Of a DNA stretch of 32,000 bases, positions 17,033 to 25,873 are shown piece after piece. The notes under the pieces are model-generated. The model had not been told where the DNA came from and did not search any database. It saw only the letters and a list, made by a program, of their open reading frames with translations. How positions within the stretch are numbered: the first letter of the stretch is position 1; each line of letters opens with the position of its first letter. A program made the position numbers and the translations under genes. Location of the stretch: the NCBI RefSeq assembly GCF_001644705.1, contig NZ_CP015137.1, positions 2,100,001-2,132,000 on the forward strand, in the 5' to 3' direction. The stretch is from Dickeya solani IPO 2222 (lineage in GTDB: Bacteria > Pseudomonadota > Gammaproteobacteria > Enterobacterales > Enterobacteriaceae).

Positions 17033-19328
17033 CTGGCATCGCCGCGCGGCGATAACCTGGGGGGCGATTGTCGTTCTGTTGCTGCTGGCGCTGGCGTTAC
17101 TGTGGCCGCAATCAAGAATCAACAGCAGCGTGCTGGCGCTGTTGCCGGGCCAGTCGATGGGCAACGCGCCGCCTGAACTTCAACAAGGGTTCATGCAGCG
17201 GCTCGACCGGCAAATGGTGTGGCTGGTGACGGCGGGAGATCAGGCCGACCCGGCGGTGGCTGAACGCTGGTTGCAGCAATTGCGAGCGTTGCCTGAACTG
17301 AAACAGGTCAATGGGCCGGTAGACGCGCAGCAGCAACAGGCGTGGGGCCGTTTTGCCTTTGAACATCGCAACGGACTGATTGACCTCGCCACCCGCCAGC
17401 GTTTGCAGCAGGGCGGCGATGCTCAGGCCGATTGGGTGCTGTCGCAACTTTATTCCGCCTTTGCCGGCGTCAGCGGTATGGAGCTGACGCATGACCCGTT
17501 ACTGCTGGTGAGAGGCTCTCAGCTGGCGCTGCAGCAACAGGCCAGTCAACTGGGGCTAACGCAAGGATGGCTGACGGTCAGGGACAAGGAAGGGCGTACC
17601 TGGTATTTCCTGCATGGCGAACTGGCGGGCGGCAGTGCGTTCGATATGACCGCCGGGCGCCAGCTAGTGGAAAAACTGGCGCGGTTTCAGGGAGAGCTGC
17701 GCACGGCGTTTCCGCAATCACAGGTGTTGACCCGCAGTACGCTACTGTTCAGCGATTATGCCAGCCAGCAGGCCAGGCACGATGTGTCGACGTTGGGCTC
17801 AGTCACGGTGGCTGGCGTGCTGTTGCTGGTGTTTCTGGTATTCCGCTCCGCCCGGCCGCTGGCGTTGTGCGCGCTGTCGGTAGCGATCGGCGCGCTGGCC
17901 GGGACGGTCGGCACCCTGGCGTTGTTTGGCGAAATACACCTGATGACGCTGGTGATGAGCCTCAGTATTGTGGGGATCTCCGCCGATTACACCCTGTATT
18001 ACCTGACGGAACGTATGGTGCACGGCGGCGCAGTGTCGCCATTGGACAGCCTGCGCAAGGTGCTGCCGGCGTTGCTGCTGGCGCTCGTCACCACCGTGGT
18101 GGCTTACCTGATTATCGTGCTGGCGCCGTTCCCCGGCTTACGGCAGCTGTCGGTGTTTGCCGCTTCAGGGCTGACGGCCTCGTGCCTGACGGTCATTGCC
18201 TGGTACCCGTTTTTGGTACGTGGTTTGCCGGTACGGCCGATACCGGCGATGGTGCTGATGGGGCGCTGGCTGGCGGCCTGGCGCCGTAATTCGCGCGTGC
18301 GTTGGGGTATCCCCGGTCTGGTGCTGGCTGTCGGCGTGATCGGGGTGTGGCGCATTGACGTGAACGACGATATTGCACAGTTGCAGTCGCTGCCGCCGTC
18401 GCTGGTGCAACAGGAGCGCCAGATCAGCGCGCTGACCGGCCAACAGGCCGACCAGACCTGGTTTATGGTGTATGGCGACTCGCCGGAGCAGACACTGCAA
18501 CGTCTGGAACAACTGGCGCCGGCACTGGAAGCGGCGCGGCAAAACGGTTATTTCGCGTCCTATCGCCTGTTGCCGCTCAATTCCCTGCAGCGCCAGCAGC
18601 AGGACGTGCAACTGATCGCCGGCGCCGCGCCTGTCGTGATGTCCCGCCTGCATGATGCCGGCGTTAATCTGGGCGAGCCGGACATCCGGCCGATGACGGT
18701 GACGCCGGAAGTCTGGCTCAACGGTCCGCTGAGTGAAGGCTGGCGGTTGTTGTGGCTGACGTTGCCGCAGGGCGCCAGCGGCGTGCTGGTGCCGGTGAAC
18801 GGCGTGCGAGACAGCAGCGGGCTGGAAAAACTGTCGCAGGATGTGCCGGGTGTGGTGTGGATAGATCGTAAAAGCACGTTTGATCGGCTGTTTGGCCTGT
18901 ATCGTATGATTCTTGGCTCCTTGCTGGCGGTTGCCGTCGGCGTGATCGCGTTGAGCTATGTGCTGCGTCTGGGAATACGCCGCGGCCTGTTGAGCGTGGC
19001 ACCGTCGGTGTTGTCGTTGCTGGGCAGCGTGGCGGTTCTGGCGCTCAGCGGTCATCCCTTCAATCTGTTTTCGCTGCTGGCGCTGGTGCTGGTGCTGGGT
19101 ATCGGCATCAATTACACCTTGTTCTTCGGCAATCCGCGCGGTACGCCCATGACCTCGCTGCTGGCGGTGACGCTGGCGATGTGCACCACGTTATTGACGC
19201 TGGGCATGCTGGTGTTCAGCAGCACACAGGCCATCAGCAGTTTCGGCATTGTGCTGTGCGCCGGTATTTTTATCGCTTTTTTGCTGGCGCCGCTGGCGTT
19301 GCCGGATTCAAAAGGGAAACGAAAATGA
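17004..19328 (+). CDS. apeM: MMPL/RND-superfamily membrane exporter
   Basis: The 774-aa product has two blocks of about 5-6 TM helices, each preceded by a large soluble loop (the internally duplicated topology typical of MMPL/RND proteins). It overlaps apeL by 29 nt. Confidence 0.75.
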   Translation: MTSKPDSFSNWHRRAAITWGAIVVLLLLALALLWPQSRINSSVLALLPGQSMGNAPPELQQGFMQRLDRQMVWLVTAGDQADPAVAERWLQQLRALPELKQVNGPVDAQQQQAWGRFAFEHRNGLIDLATRQRLQQGGDAQADWVLSQLYSAFAGVSGMELTHDPLLLVRGSQLALQQQASQLGLTQGWLTVRDKEGRTWYFLHGELAGGSAFDMTAGRQLVEKLARFQGELRTAFPQSQVLTRSTLLFSDYASQQARHDVSTLGSVTVAGVLLLVFLVFRSARPLALCALSVAIGALAGTVGTLALFGEIHLMTLVMSLSIVGISADYTLYYLTERMVHGGAVSPLDSLRKVLPALLLALVTTVVAYLIIVLAPFPGLRQLSVFAASGLTASCLTVIAWYPFLVRGLPVRPIPAMVLMGRWLAAWRRNSRVRWGIPGLVLAVGVIGVWRIDVNDDIAQLQSLPPSLVQQERQISALTGQQADQTWFMVYGDSPEQTLQRLEQLAPALEAARQNGYFASYRLLPLNSLQRQQQDVQLIAGAAPVVMSRLHDAGVNLGEPDIRPMTVTPEVWLNGPLSEGWRLLWLTLPQGASGVLVPVNGVRDSSGLEKLSQDVPGVVWIDRKSTFDRLFGLYRMILGSLLAVAVGVIALSYVLRLGIRRGLLSVAPSVLSLLGSVAVLALSGHPFNLFSLLALVLVLGIGINYTLFFGNPRGTPMTSLLAVTLAMCTTLLTLGMLVFSSTQAISSFGIVLCAGIFIAFLLAPLALPDSKGKRK

Positions 19329-19897
19329 GAGTATCAGCCAATCTGATCCTGATGGCGGCCGTGCTATTGCTGAGCGCCTGCGCCGGTAAACCGTCGGACC
19401 CCCGTCCGCAGGCGTGGCTTAAACCCGGCGTTAAGGTCACGCTGCCCGCGCCGGGCATCTCGCCGCCGGTGGAACAGCAGCAACTGCTGACGGGCAGTTA
19501 TCAAGGCAAACAACAGTCTTTGCTGGTCATGCTGCAGGCCGATCAACGTCAACTGTCGCTGGTCGGCCTGTCATCGTTGGGGATTCGCCTGTTCCGCATG
19601 ACCTATGACGCCGCCGGCGTGCATACCGAACAGTCGCTGGTGTTGCCGGAATTGCCGCCCGCCAGCCAGGTGCTGGCCGATATCATGCTGAGTCACTGGC
19701 CGCTGTCGGTCTGGCAGAAACAGCTGCCGGCAGGCTGGACGCTGAAAGATGACGGCGACACCCGCCAGCTGCGCGATAATCACGGCGAGCTGATTGTCGA
19801 GATTCGCTACCAGCAGCGCAATAATCAGCGGGAGCCAGTCAGCGTGAAACACTTCGCGTTTGGCTACCACATCGTTATTCAATATTTGGATGGTTAG
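19325..19897 (+). CDS. apeN: Lipoprotein of APE clusters (DUF3261-like)
   Basis: MRVSANLILMAAVLLLSA|CAGKP carries a lipobox. There is an ATGA overlap with the apeM stop, so the ORF-track start at 19181 is rejected. The position matches the DUF3261 gene in known APE clusters. Confidence 0.7.
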   Translation: MRVSANLILMAAVLLLSACAGKPSDPRPQAWLKPGVKVTLPAPGISPPVEQQQLLTGSYQGKQQSLLVMLQADQRQLSLVGLSSLGIRLFRMTYDAAGVHTEQSLVLPELPPASQVLADIMLSHWPLSVWQKQLPAGWTLKDDGDTRQLRDNHGELIVEIRYQQRNNQREPVSVKHFAFGYHIVIQYLDG

Positions 19898-19898
19898 C

Positions 19899-21056
19899 AT
19901 GATTTATATCCATTCAGTCGGTCTGCTCAATGCGCTGGGTAACGATGCGGATGACATCGTCAATAACCTGGCCGCAGGGCATGCGCCGGGGATGCGGCTT
20001 GACAGTCACTGGTTGTTGCAGGGTAAAACCTGCTGGACGGGTAACGTACTGGCGGATCTCCCGGCTGTGCCGCCGCATCTGGCCGCCCATGACAGCCGTA
20101 ACAATCGGTTGCTGTTGGCGGCGCTGGAACAGATTCGCCCGCAGGTGGATGAGGCCATTGCGCGGTTCGGCGCCGATCGCGTCGCGGTTGTCATGGGCAC
20201 CAGTACCTCGGGGCTGGATGAGGCCGATCGCTTTATCAGCGATGATTTACCCACCTATCGCTATGCCCAGCAGGAATTGGGCGATCCTTCGCGTTTTCTG
20301 GCTTCGTATCTGGGTATAACCGGTCCGGCCTATACCCTCTCCACCGCTTGTTCGTCGAGCGTGCGGGCGGTGATCAGCGGAAAGCGGCTGATTGAAGCCG
20401 GTCTGGCGGATGTGGCGATTGTCGGCGGCGCGGATACGCTCAGTCGCATGCCGATCAATGGATTCGACAGCCTGGAGTCGCTATCGGCCAAACGCTGCGC
20501 TCCTTTCAGCCGTCAGCGCGACGGTATTTCAATCGGCGAAGGCGGCGCACTGATGCTGATTGGCCGGGAGCCGGCGGCGGTTGCCGTGCTGGGGGTGGGT
20601 GAATCGTCGGATGCGCATCACATGTCTGCGCCTCACCCTGAAGGTCTGGGGGCGCAACGCGCTATTATCATGGCGCTGGAACAGGCGGGGCTGGCGCCGC
20701 ACGAACTGGGTTATATCAACCTGCATGGCACGGCGACGCGACTCAATGATCAGATCGAGGCGGCTGTGGTGCATCAGATTTTCGGCGAGACGGTGCCGTG
20801 CAGTTCGACTAAGCACCTGACCGGCCATATGCTGGGCGCGGCGGGCATCGGTGAAGCGGCGCTATGCTGGTTACTGCTGACGCGCGCGTTGCACCTGCCC
20901 GCGCAGGATTTTTCAGACTGCGAACGGGATGACGCCCTGCCGGTCTGCGGTTTACTGACGGCGCCGGCTCCGCTGACCCGGCCGGTGATCCTGTCCAACT
21001 CCTTTGCGTTCGGCGGCAATAACGCCTGCCTGATTCTGGGGAAAACCGATGAGTGA
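19899..21056 (+). CDS. apeO: Beta-ketoacyl-ACP synthase (KAS I/II type, Cys-His-His)
   Basis: The active-site Cys lies in YTLSTACSSSVRA, and the His residues lie in SSDAHHMSAPHPEG and INLHGTATRLND. The C-terminal NSFAFGGNNACLIL is present. The ATG at 19899 is 1 nt after the apeN stop. Confidence 0.85.
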   Translation: MIYIHSVGLLNALGNDADDIVNNLAAGHAPGMRLDSHWLLQGKTCWTGNVLADLPAVPPHLAAHDSRNNRLLLAALEQIRPQVDEAIARFGADRVAVVMGTSTSGLDEADRFISDDLPTYRYAQQELGDPSRFLASYLGITGPAYTLSTACSSSVRAVISGKRLIEAGLADVAIVGGADTLSRMPINGFDSLESLSAKRCAPFSRQRDGISIGEGGALMLIGREPAAVAVLGVGESSDAHHMSAPHPEGLGAQRAIIMALEQAGLAPHELGYINLHGTATRLNDQIEAAVVHQIFGETVPCSSTKHLTGHMLGAAGIGEAALCWLLLTRALHLPAQDFSDCERDDALPVCGLLTAPAPLTRPVILSNSFAFGGNNACLILGKTDE

Positions 21057-21074
21057 CTATCGATGAGTGGCTAT
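21047..21074 (+). repeat. 14-bp tandem duplication spanning the apeO stop and the apeP start
   Basis: cgatgagtgactat (21047-21060) is immediately repeated as cgatgagtggctat (21061-21074) with 1 mismatch. Copy 1 supplies the apeO stop (TGA 21054-21056) and copy 2 supplies the apeP ATG (21063). Confidence 0.9.
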
Positions 21075-21536
21075 CGCCGCGCCGACCATTATTTGCCCCA
21101 CCAGTCGCCGATGGTGATGGTGGACGAGGTGATCCGCGTTGATCAGAACAGCGCCTGTTGCCGGGTTCAGGTCAGTCCCGGTAGCGTGCTGGGGCCGTTT
21201 CTTGATGCCGATGGCAATCTGCCTGCCTGGTTTGGCATCGAAATTATCGCCCAGACGGTCGGCGTCTGGGCGGGCTGGCATCAGCGTCAGCATCAGGATG
21301 AAAAACCCCGGCCGGGTATGTTGCTGGGCGGCCGCGGTTACCGTTGCCAGCAGGATGTTTTTCCGGCGGATTCCCTGCTGGAGGTTAACGTCACGCTGCT
21401 GATGCGCGATGACAAAATCGGCAGCTTTGACGGCGAAATTCTGATTGCGGGCGAGGTATTTGCATCGGGCCGGTTAAACACTTACCAGCCTGACGAGACT
21501 GAATTACAACGATTATTACAGCAGGTAAACGATTAA
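21063..21536 (+). CDS. apeP: Hot-dog fold dehydratase (second DH, partner of ApeI)
   Basis: The 157-aa product HYLPHQSPMVMVDEVIRVD...WFGIEIIAQTVGVWAGW is typical of the ApeP-type hot-dog proteins of APE clusters. Confidence 0.7.
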   Translation: MSGYRRADHYLPHQSPMVMVDEVIRVDQNSACCRVQVSPGSVLGPFLDADGNLPAWFGIEIIAQTVGVWAGWHQRQHQDEKPRPGMLLGGRGYRCQQDVFPADSLLEVNVTLLMRDDKIGSFDGEILIAGEVFASGRLNTYQPDETELQRLLQQVND

Positions 21537-22267
21537 TGACGCGTTCGGTATTAGTAACGGGAGCCAGTAAGGGGATCGGCCGCGCCATTGCGTTGCGACT
21601 GGCGCAGGATGGCTTTCTGGTGGTGGTGCATTATCACCGCGATCGGAATGGCGCTGACGAGACACTGGAGCACATTACCCGGCTGGGCGGTCAGGGACGC
21701 TGCATTCAGTTTGATATCGCCGATCGGGAACCGTGCCGCACGGCGATCGAATCGGATATTGACGTACACGGCGCCTATTATGGCGTCGTCAGTAACGCCG
21801 GCATCACTCGCGACGGCGCGTTTCCGGCGCTGGACGAACAGGCATGGGACAGTGTGATTCACACTAATCTGGACAGTTTCTACAACGTCATCCATCCCTG
21901 TGTCATGCCGATGATTGGCCTGCGTCAGGGGGGCCGTATTATCACGCTGTCTTCGGTTTCCGGCATTATGGGGAATCGCGGGCAGGTCAACTACAGTGCC
22001 GCCAAGGCCGGTATTATTGGCGCGACCAAAGCGCTGGCGATTGAGCTGGCGAAACGGAAAATCACCGTGAACTGTATCGCGCCGGGGTTGATCGAAACCG
22101 GCATGACGCAGTTGGAGCCGGTTGTGCTTGACGAGTCGATGAAACTCATCCCGATGAAGCGGATGGGGCAGGTTGATGAAGTGGCCGGACTGGCTGGCTA
22201 TCTGATGTCGGATATCGCCGGCTATGTGACTCGCCAGGTGATTTCAATCAATGGAGGCATGCTGTAA
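21536..22267 (+). CDS. apeQ: 3-oxoacyl-ACP reductase (SDR, FabG-like)
   Basis: The cofactor-binding motif is VLVTGASKGIGRAIA. NAG is present, the catalytic Ser lies in SSVSG, and YSAAKAG supplies YxxxK. There is a TAATG overlap with apeP. Confidence 0.9.
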   Translation: MTRSVLVTGASKGIGRAIALRLAQDGFLVVVHYHRDRNGADETLEHITRLGGQGRCIQFDIADREPCRTAIESDIDVHGAYYGVVSNAGITRDGAFPALDEQAWDSVIHTNLDSFYNVIHPCVMPMIGLRQGGRIITLSSVSGIMGNRGQVNYSAAKAGIIGATKALAIELAKRKITVNCIAPGLIETGMTQLEPVVLDESMKLIPMKRMGQVDEVAGLAGYLMSDIAGYVTRQVISINGGML

Positions 22268-23493
22268 TGCGTCGTGTGGTTGTGACAGGAATGGGCGGCG
22301 TCACCGCGTTTGGCGACAACTGGAGCCAGGTTGCCAGCGGGTTGCTGGCAGGACGCAACGCGGTGCGCCACATGCCGGAATGGCAGGTTTATGACGGACT
22401 GAACACGTTGCTGGGCGCGCCGGTCGAGGATTTCCAGTTGCCGGAACACTATACCCGTAAACGGATCCGCTCGATGGGGCGGGTGTCGCTGATGGCGACC
22501 CGGGCGACGGAGCTGGCGCTGGAGCAGGCGGGGCTGCTGGGCCATCCGGTGCTCACCAATGGTGAAACCGGCATCGCTTACGGTTCATCCACCGGCAGCA
22601 CCGGCCCGGTCAGCGAGTTCGCCACTATGCTGACGGAAAAGCACACCAACAATATTACCGGCACCACCTATGTGCAGATGATGCCGCACACCACCGCGGT
22701 GAACGCCGGGCTGTTTTTTGGCCTGCGCGGGCGAGTCATTCCCACCTCCAGTGCCTGTACTTCGGGCAGTCAGGCGATAGGCTATGCCTGGGAAGCGATC
22801 CGACACGGTTATCAAACCGTGATGGTGGCCGGCGGCGGCGAGGAACTGTGCCCGTCGGAGGCGGCGGTTTTCGATACGCTGTTCGCCACCAGCCAGCGCA
22901 ATGATGCGCCGGAAACGACGCCGGCACCGTTTGATGCCGGTCGAGACGGTCTGGTGATTGGCGAGGGCGCAGGCACGCTGATTCTGGAAGAACTGGAGCA
23001 CGCGCAGGCGCGTGGCGCGACTATTTACGCCGAGTTGGTTGGTTTTTACACCAACTGCGACGCGGCGCATATTACCCAGCCGCAGCGCGAAACCATGCAG
23101 GTCTGTATTGAAGGCGCCCTGCGGGTGGCCGGGTTAACGCCTGCCGATATCGGGTATATCAATGCGCACGGTACGGCTACCGATCGGGGCGACGTGGCGG
23201 AAAGCCAGGCTACGGCGGCGATCTTCGGCAACACCACGCCCATTTCCTCGCTGAAGAGCTATTTCGGACATACGCTGGGCGCTTGCGGCTCGCTGGAAGC
23301 CTGGATGTCGATTGAGATGATGCGTGCCGGATGGTTCGCACCAACGCTGAATCTGCGTCAGCCTGCGGAAGATTGTGGCGATCTGGATTACATCATCGGC
23401 GAACCCCGACAGCTTGACGTGGAGTACATTCAGTCTAACAACTTTGCCTTTGGCGGTATCAACACCTCGCTGATTTTCCGGCGCTGGCCGTAA
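22267..23493 (+). CDS. apeR: Beta-ketoacyl-ACP synthase (FabB/FabF-like, Cys-His-His)
   Basis: The active-site Cys lies in PTSSACTSGSQAIG, and the His residues lie in NCDAAHITQPQ and INAHGTATDRGD. NNFAFGGINTSLIF is present. There is a TAATG overlap with apeQ. Confidence 0.9.
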   Translation: MRRVVVTGMGGVTAFGDNWSQVASGLLAGRNAVRHMPEWQVYDGLNTLLGAPVEDFQLPEHYTRKRIRSMGRVSLMATRATELALEQAGLLGHPVLTNGETGIAYGSSTGSTGPVSEFATMLTEKHTNNITGTTYVQMMPHTTAVNAGLFFGLRGRVIPTSSACTSGSQAIGYAWEAIRHGYQTVMVAGGGEELCPSEAAVFDTLFATSQRNDAPETTPAPFDAGRDGLVIGEGAGTLILEELEHAQARGATIYAELVGFYTNCDAAHITQPQRETMQVCIEGALRVAGLTPADIGYINAHGTATDRGDVAESQATAAIFGNTTPISSLKSYFGHTLGACGSLEAWMSIEMMRAGWFAPTLNLRQPAEDCGDLDYIIGEPRQLDVEYIQSNNFAFGGINTSLIFRRWP

Positions 23494-23504
23494 TCGCCGT
23501 GTTA

Positions 23505-23528
23505 GCCCCGTGCTCAGCAACACGGGGC
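23505..23528. terminator. GC-rich hairpin between the convergent ape operon and the diguanylate cyclase gene (possible terminator, no clean U-tract)
   Basis: An 8-bp stem gccccgtg(23505-23512)/cacggggc(23521-23528) has an 8-nt loop. It lies 12 nt after the apeR stop and 42 nt after the DGC stop on the other strand. Confidence 0.4.
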
Positions 23529-23569
23529 CACTTCAGACTTGTTTGTTGTGCTTTCCCTCTATTCTTCAG

Positions 23570-25873
23570 CTACTTCCATACCACCCGGTTGCGGCCGGCG
23601 TTTTTGGCTTCGTACAGCGCGTCGTCGGCCCGCTTCATGTCGCTTTCGAAGCTGTCCTTCAGATTTTGAACATTACGGTGTTTGATAAAGGTTGCACCGA
23701 TGCTGACGGTAAAATGGAAGGAATAGCCGTCAACCGTGAACAGGGTGTTTTCCACTTCGGTGCGAATCCCGTTCATGATGGCGTCGACATTATCGAGATT
23801 GGCGTTGTGGACGATCAGACCGAATTCTTCGCCGCCCAGCCGGGCGACGAAGTCGTCGGTACGCAGTTTGCCGGTAATGATCTCCGCCAGACGGCAAATC
23901 GCCACGTCGCCGACGTGATGGCCGTACTGGTCATTAACCTTTTTGAAGAAATCGATATCGATGATCGCCAGTGCGGTGTTTTTCTCATGATTGCGGTAGC
24001 ATTTTTCCGTTTCCAGAATATAGGCGCGCCGGTTATGGATGCCGGTCAGGGCGTCGGTGTTGGCCATTTCCAGTAGTTTTTCTTCCAGCTCTTCTCTGGC
24101 TCGCTGGGTTTCCAACGCGTAGAACAGCGAACCCAGCGTATCGACGAACGGGCTGAGAAAGCGCAACTGCCGTTCATTGTAACCGTCGAAGCGGTTACCC
24201 AACCCGATCATCCCCACCACTTCATTGCGAAAATAAATGGGTAACCCCATGAACTGTCGCAGGATTGGGTGGCCTGACGGCACGCCGCGCGAGGCGGAGT
24301 GGGAACGCGGCGAGTTAGTGATGACCGGTTTGCCGGTGGTCACCACATGCCCAAACAGGTTGTCCAGGCTGGTGAACTGCAGTCTGTTTTGCAGAAAGGT
24401 ATCGTAAGAGCTCTTGCTGTCGCCGTTCCAACTGACGTTGGAAATGGCGACGATGTGCAGCACCTTCTTCTCGTCGTGTTCCCTGACCTGACCGATGAAA
24501 CCGAACTCCGATTCAGAGATGGAAAGCAGATCGTCAAAGATGGACATGCAGGCTTCCTGGATATCGGTTTTTTCCAGAAAGTTCTTTTGTGCCCGATTAA
24601 TCAGCTCCAGCAGGCGTTTATCCGCCTCTTCCTGTAATTCCTTGTTTTTCTTTTCGGTAATATCCCGATGGGTGCCGGCGACCCGAATGGGTTTGCCCTT
24701 TTCGTTGTGTTCCACCACCTTGCCGTAGGTTTCAATCCATACCCAGTGGCCTTTATTGTGGCGCATCCGGTATTGTTCGTTGATCAAGGTTGCCTGACCG
24801 GTGATGCAGGATTCCGCCGCCAGTACCATTCTTTCTCGATCCAGCGGGTGCATCAGTTGTTGCCAGTAATCCAGAGAGGAGTCGAACTGGTCCTGCGTAA
24901 CGCCCATCATTTCGCACCACTGTTTATTGACGCGGATGTTGTGCCGCCCCAGATCCCAGTCCCAGGTGCCAAGACTGGACGACTCCAACACTAATCTCAT
25001 CTGGTTATTGGTATCCACCAGCAGTTTTTGCAGGTATTTCTGGTGGGAGTTATCAATCAGCAGCGCCTGCACGTGGCTGAGTTTGCCATTGTGATGGTAG
25101 CTGGCGATGGAAAGCTGGCGAATCCACAGGGTTTTTCCCTTGGGCGACAGAAATCGGTATTCGCATTCCAGATTCGCCACCCCTTTTTTATGGTTATCCA
25201 GCGTAAACAGCAGGTTTTCGTAGTCATCCGGGTGGATATAGTTTTCCATCAGCCTGACGGCTTCTTCGCTGATGCCCAGAACATGTTGCGCGTTGGGGGA
25301 AATGTAGGAAATGTGCAGCATGTTGTCTTGCTGCCAGTTGATGAGCACCACGGAAGAGTTGTTTAACAGCCGGATTTCCTGTTCCCGATGCAACCGTTCA
25401 TTGTGCAACCTGAATAGGGATTCGGTGGTGCTGGCGACGAAGGCGGCGGTCTCGCGCGCTGCCTCATCCAGCTCACGCGATTGATAGTCGATGGCGGCCA
25501 GAGTACCGACCACCACGTTGTCGAGAACCAGAGGGATGCCGAAGTAGCTGCGGATATGCGGGGCGCCGATAACCAGCGGGTGTTCGCAAAACTGGCTGTT
25601 CGTCAGCGTGTCGGGAATATACAAGGTGGTGGCGGTGGTAATCACCGTATTGCAAAACGCCAGTTCCCGGTCCGTGCATTCGATATTGATGCCTTCGCTG
25701 AAAATCAACCACTGCTTATCGTGATCGATAATCGAGATAAACGCCGCCGGGAAATTCAGTATGCGTGAAAATAACTTGACCTGGTTTTGAAAAGATTGCT
25801 GCAGGTATAAATCAAGCAAATGATACTCATTAATCTTTGAGACGCGCTGCTCATCGGTGTTATATTTTTTCAT
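23570..25873 (-). CDS. Multi-sensor diguanylate cyclase (GAF-PAS-PAS-GAF-GGDEF) with an intact I-site
   Basis: The C-terminal GGDEF domain carries DALTGIHNRRAY and the A-site RLGGEEFGLIV. The RxxD I-site RTDD lies 5 residues upstream, the same spacing as in PleD. Two PAS-like blocks contain IHPDDYENL and MHPLDRERM. GAF-like blocks sit at the N-terminus and before the GGDEF domain. I prefer the ATG at 25873 (AGGAAGAG SD) to the ORF-track TTG at 25897. Confidence 0.85.
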   Translation of the reverse strand: MKKYNTDEQRVSKINEYHLLDLYLQQSFQNQVKLFSRILNFPAAFISIIDHDKQWLIFSEGINIECTDRELAFCNTVITTATTLYIPDTLTNSQFCEHPLVIGAPHIRSYFGIPLVLDNVVVGTLAAIDYQSRELDEAARETAAFVASTTESLFRLHNERLHREQEIRLLNNSSVVLINWQQDNMLHISYISPNAQHVLGISEEAVRLMENYIHPDDYENLLFTLDNHKKGVANLECEYRFLSPKGKTLWIRQLSIASYHHNGKLSHVQALLIDNSHQKYLQKLLVDTNNQMRLVLESSSLGTWDWDLGRHNIRVNKQWCEMMGVTQDQFDSSLDYWQQLMHPLDRERMVLAAESCITGQATLINEQYRMRHNKGHWVWIETYGKVVEHNEKGKPIRVAGTHRDITEKKNKELQEEADKRLLELINRAQKNFLEKTDIQEACMSIFDDLLSISESEFGFIGQVREHDEKKVLHIVAISNVSWNGDSKSSYDTFLQNRLQFTSLDNLFGHVVTTGKPVITNSPRSHSASRGVPSGHPILRQFMGLPIYFRNEVVGMIGLGNRFDGYNERQLRFLSPFVDTLGSLFYALETQRAREELEEKLLEMANTDALTGIHNRRAYILETEKCYRNHEKNTALAIIDIDFFKKVNDQYGHHVGDVAICRLAEIITGKLRTDDFVARLGGEEFGLIVHNANLDNVDAIMNGIRTEVENTLFTVDGYSFHFTVSIGATFIKHRNVQNLKDSFESDMKRADDALYEAKNAGRNRVVWK

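Noticed and set aside
18165-19055. A 296-aa minus-strand ORF and a + strand off-frame 240-aa ORF (17567-18289) inside apeM.
   Set aside because: These are shadow or off-frame ORFs in a GC-rich membrane-protein gene with highly biased Arg/Gln/Ala/Gly composition.
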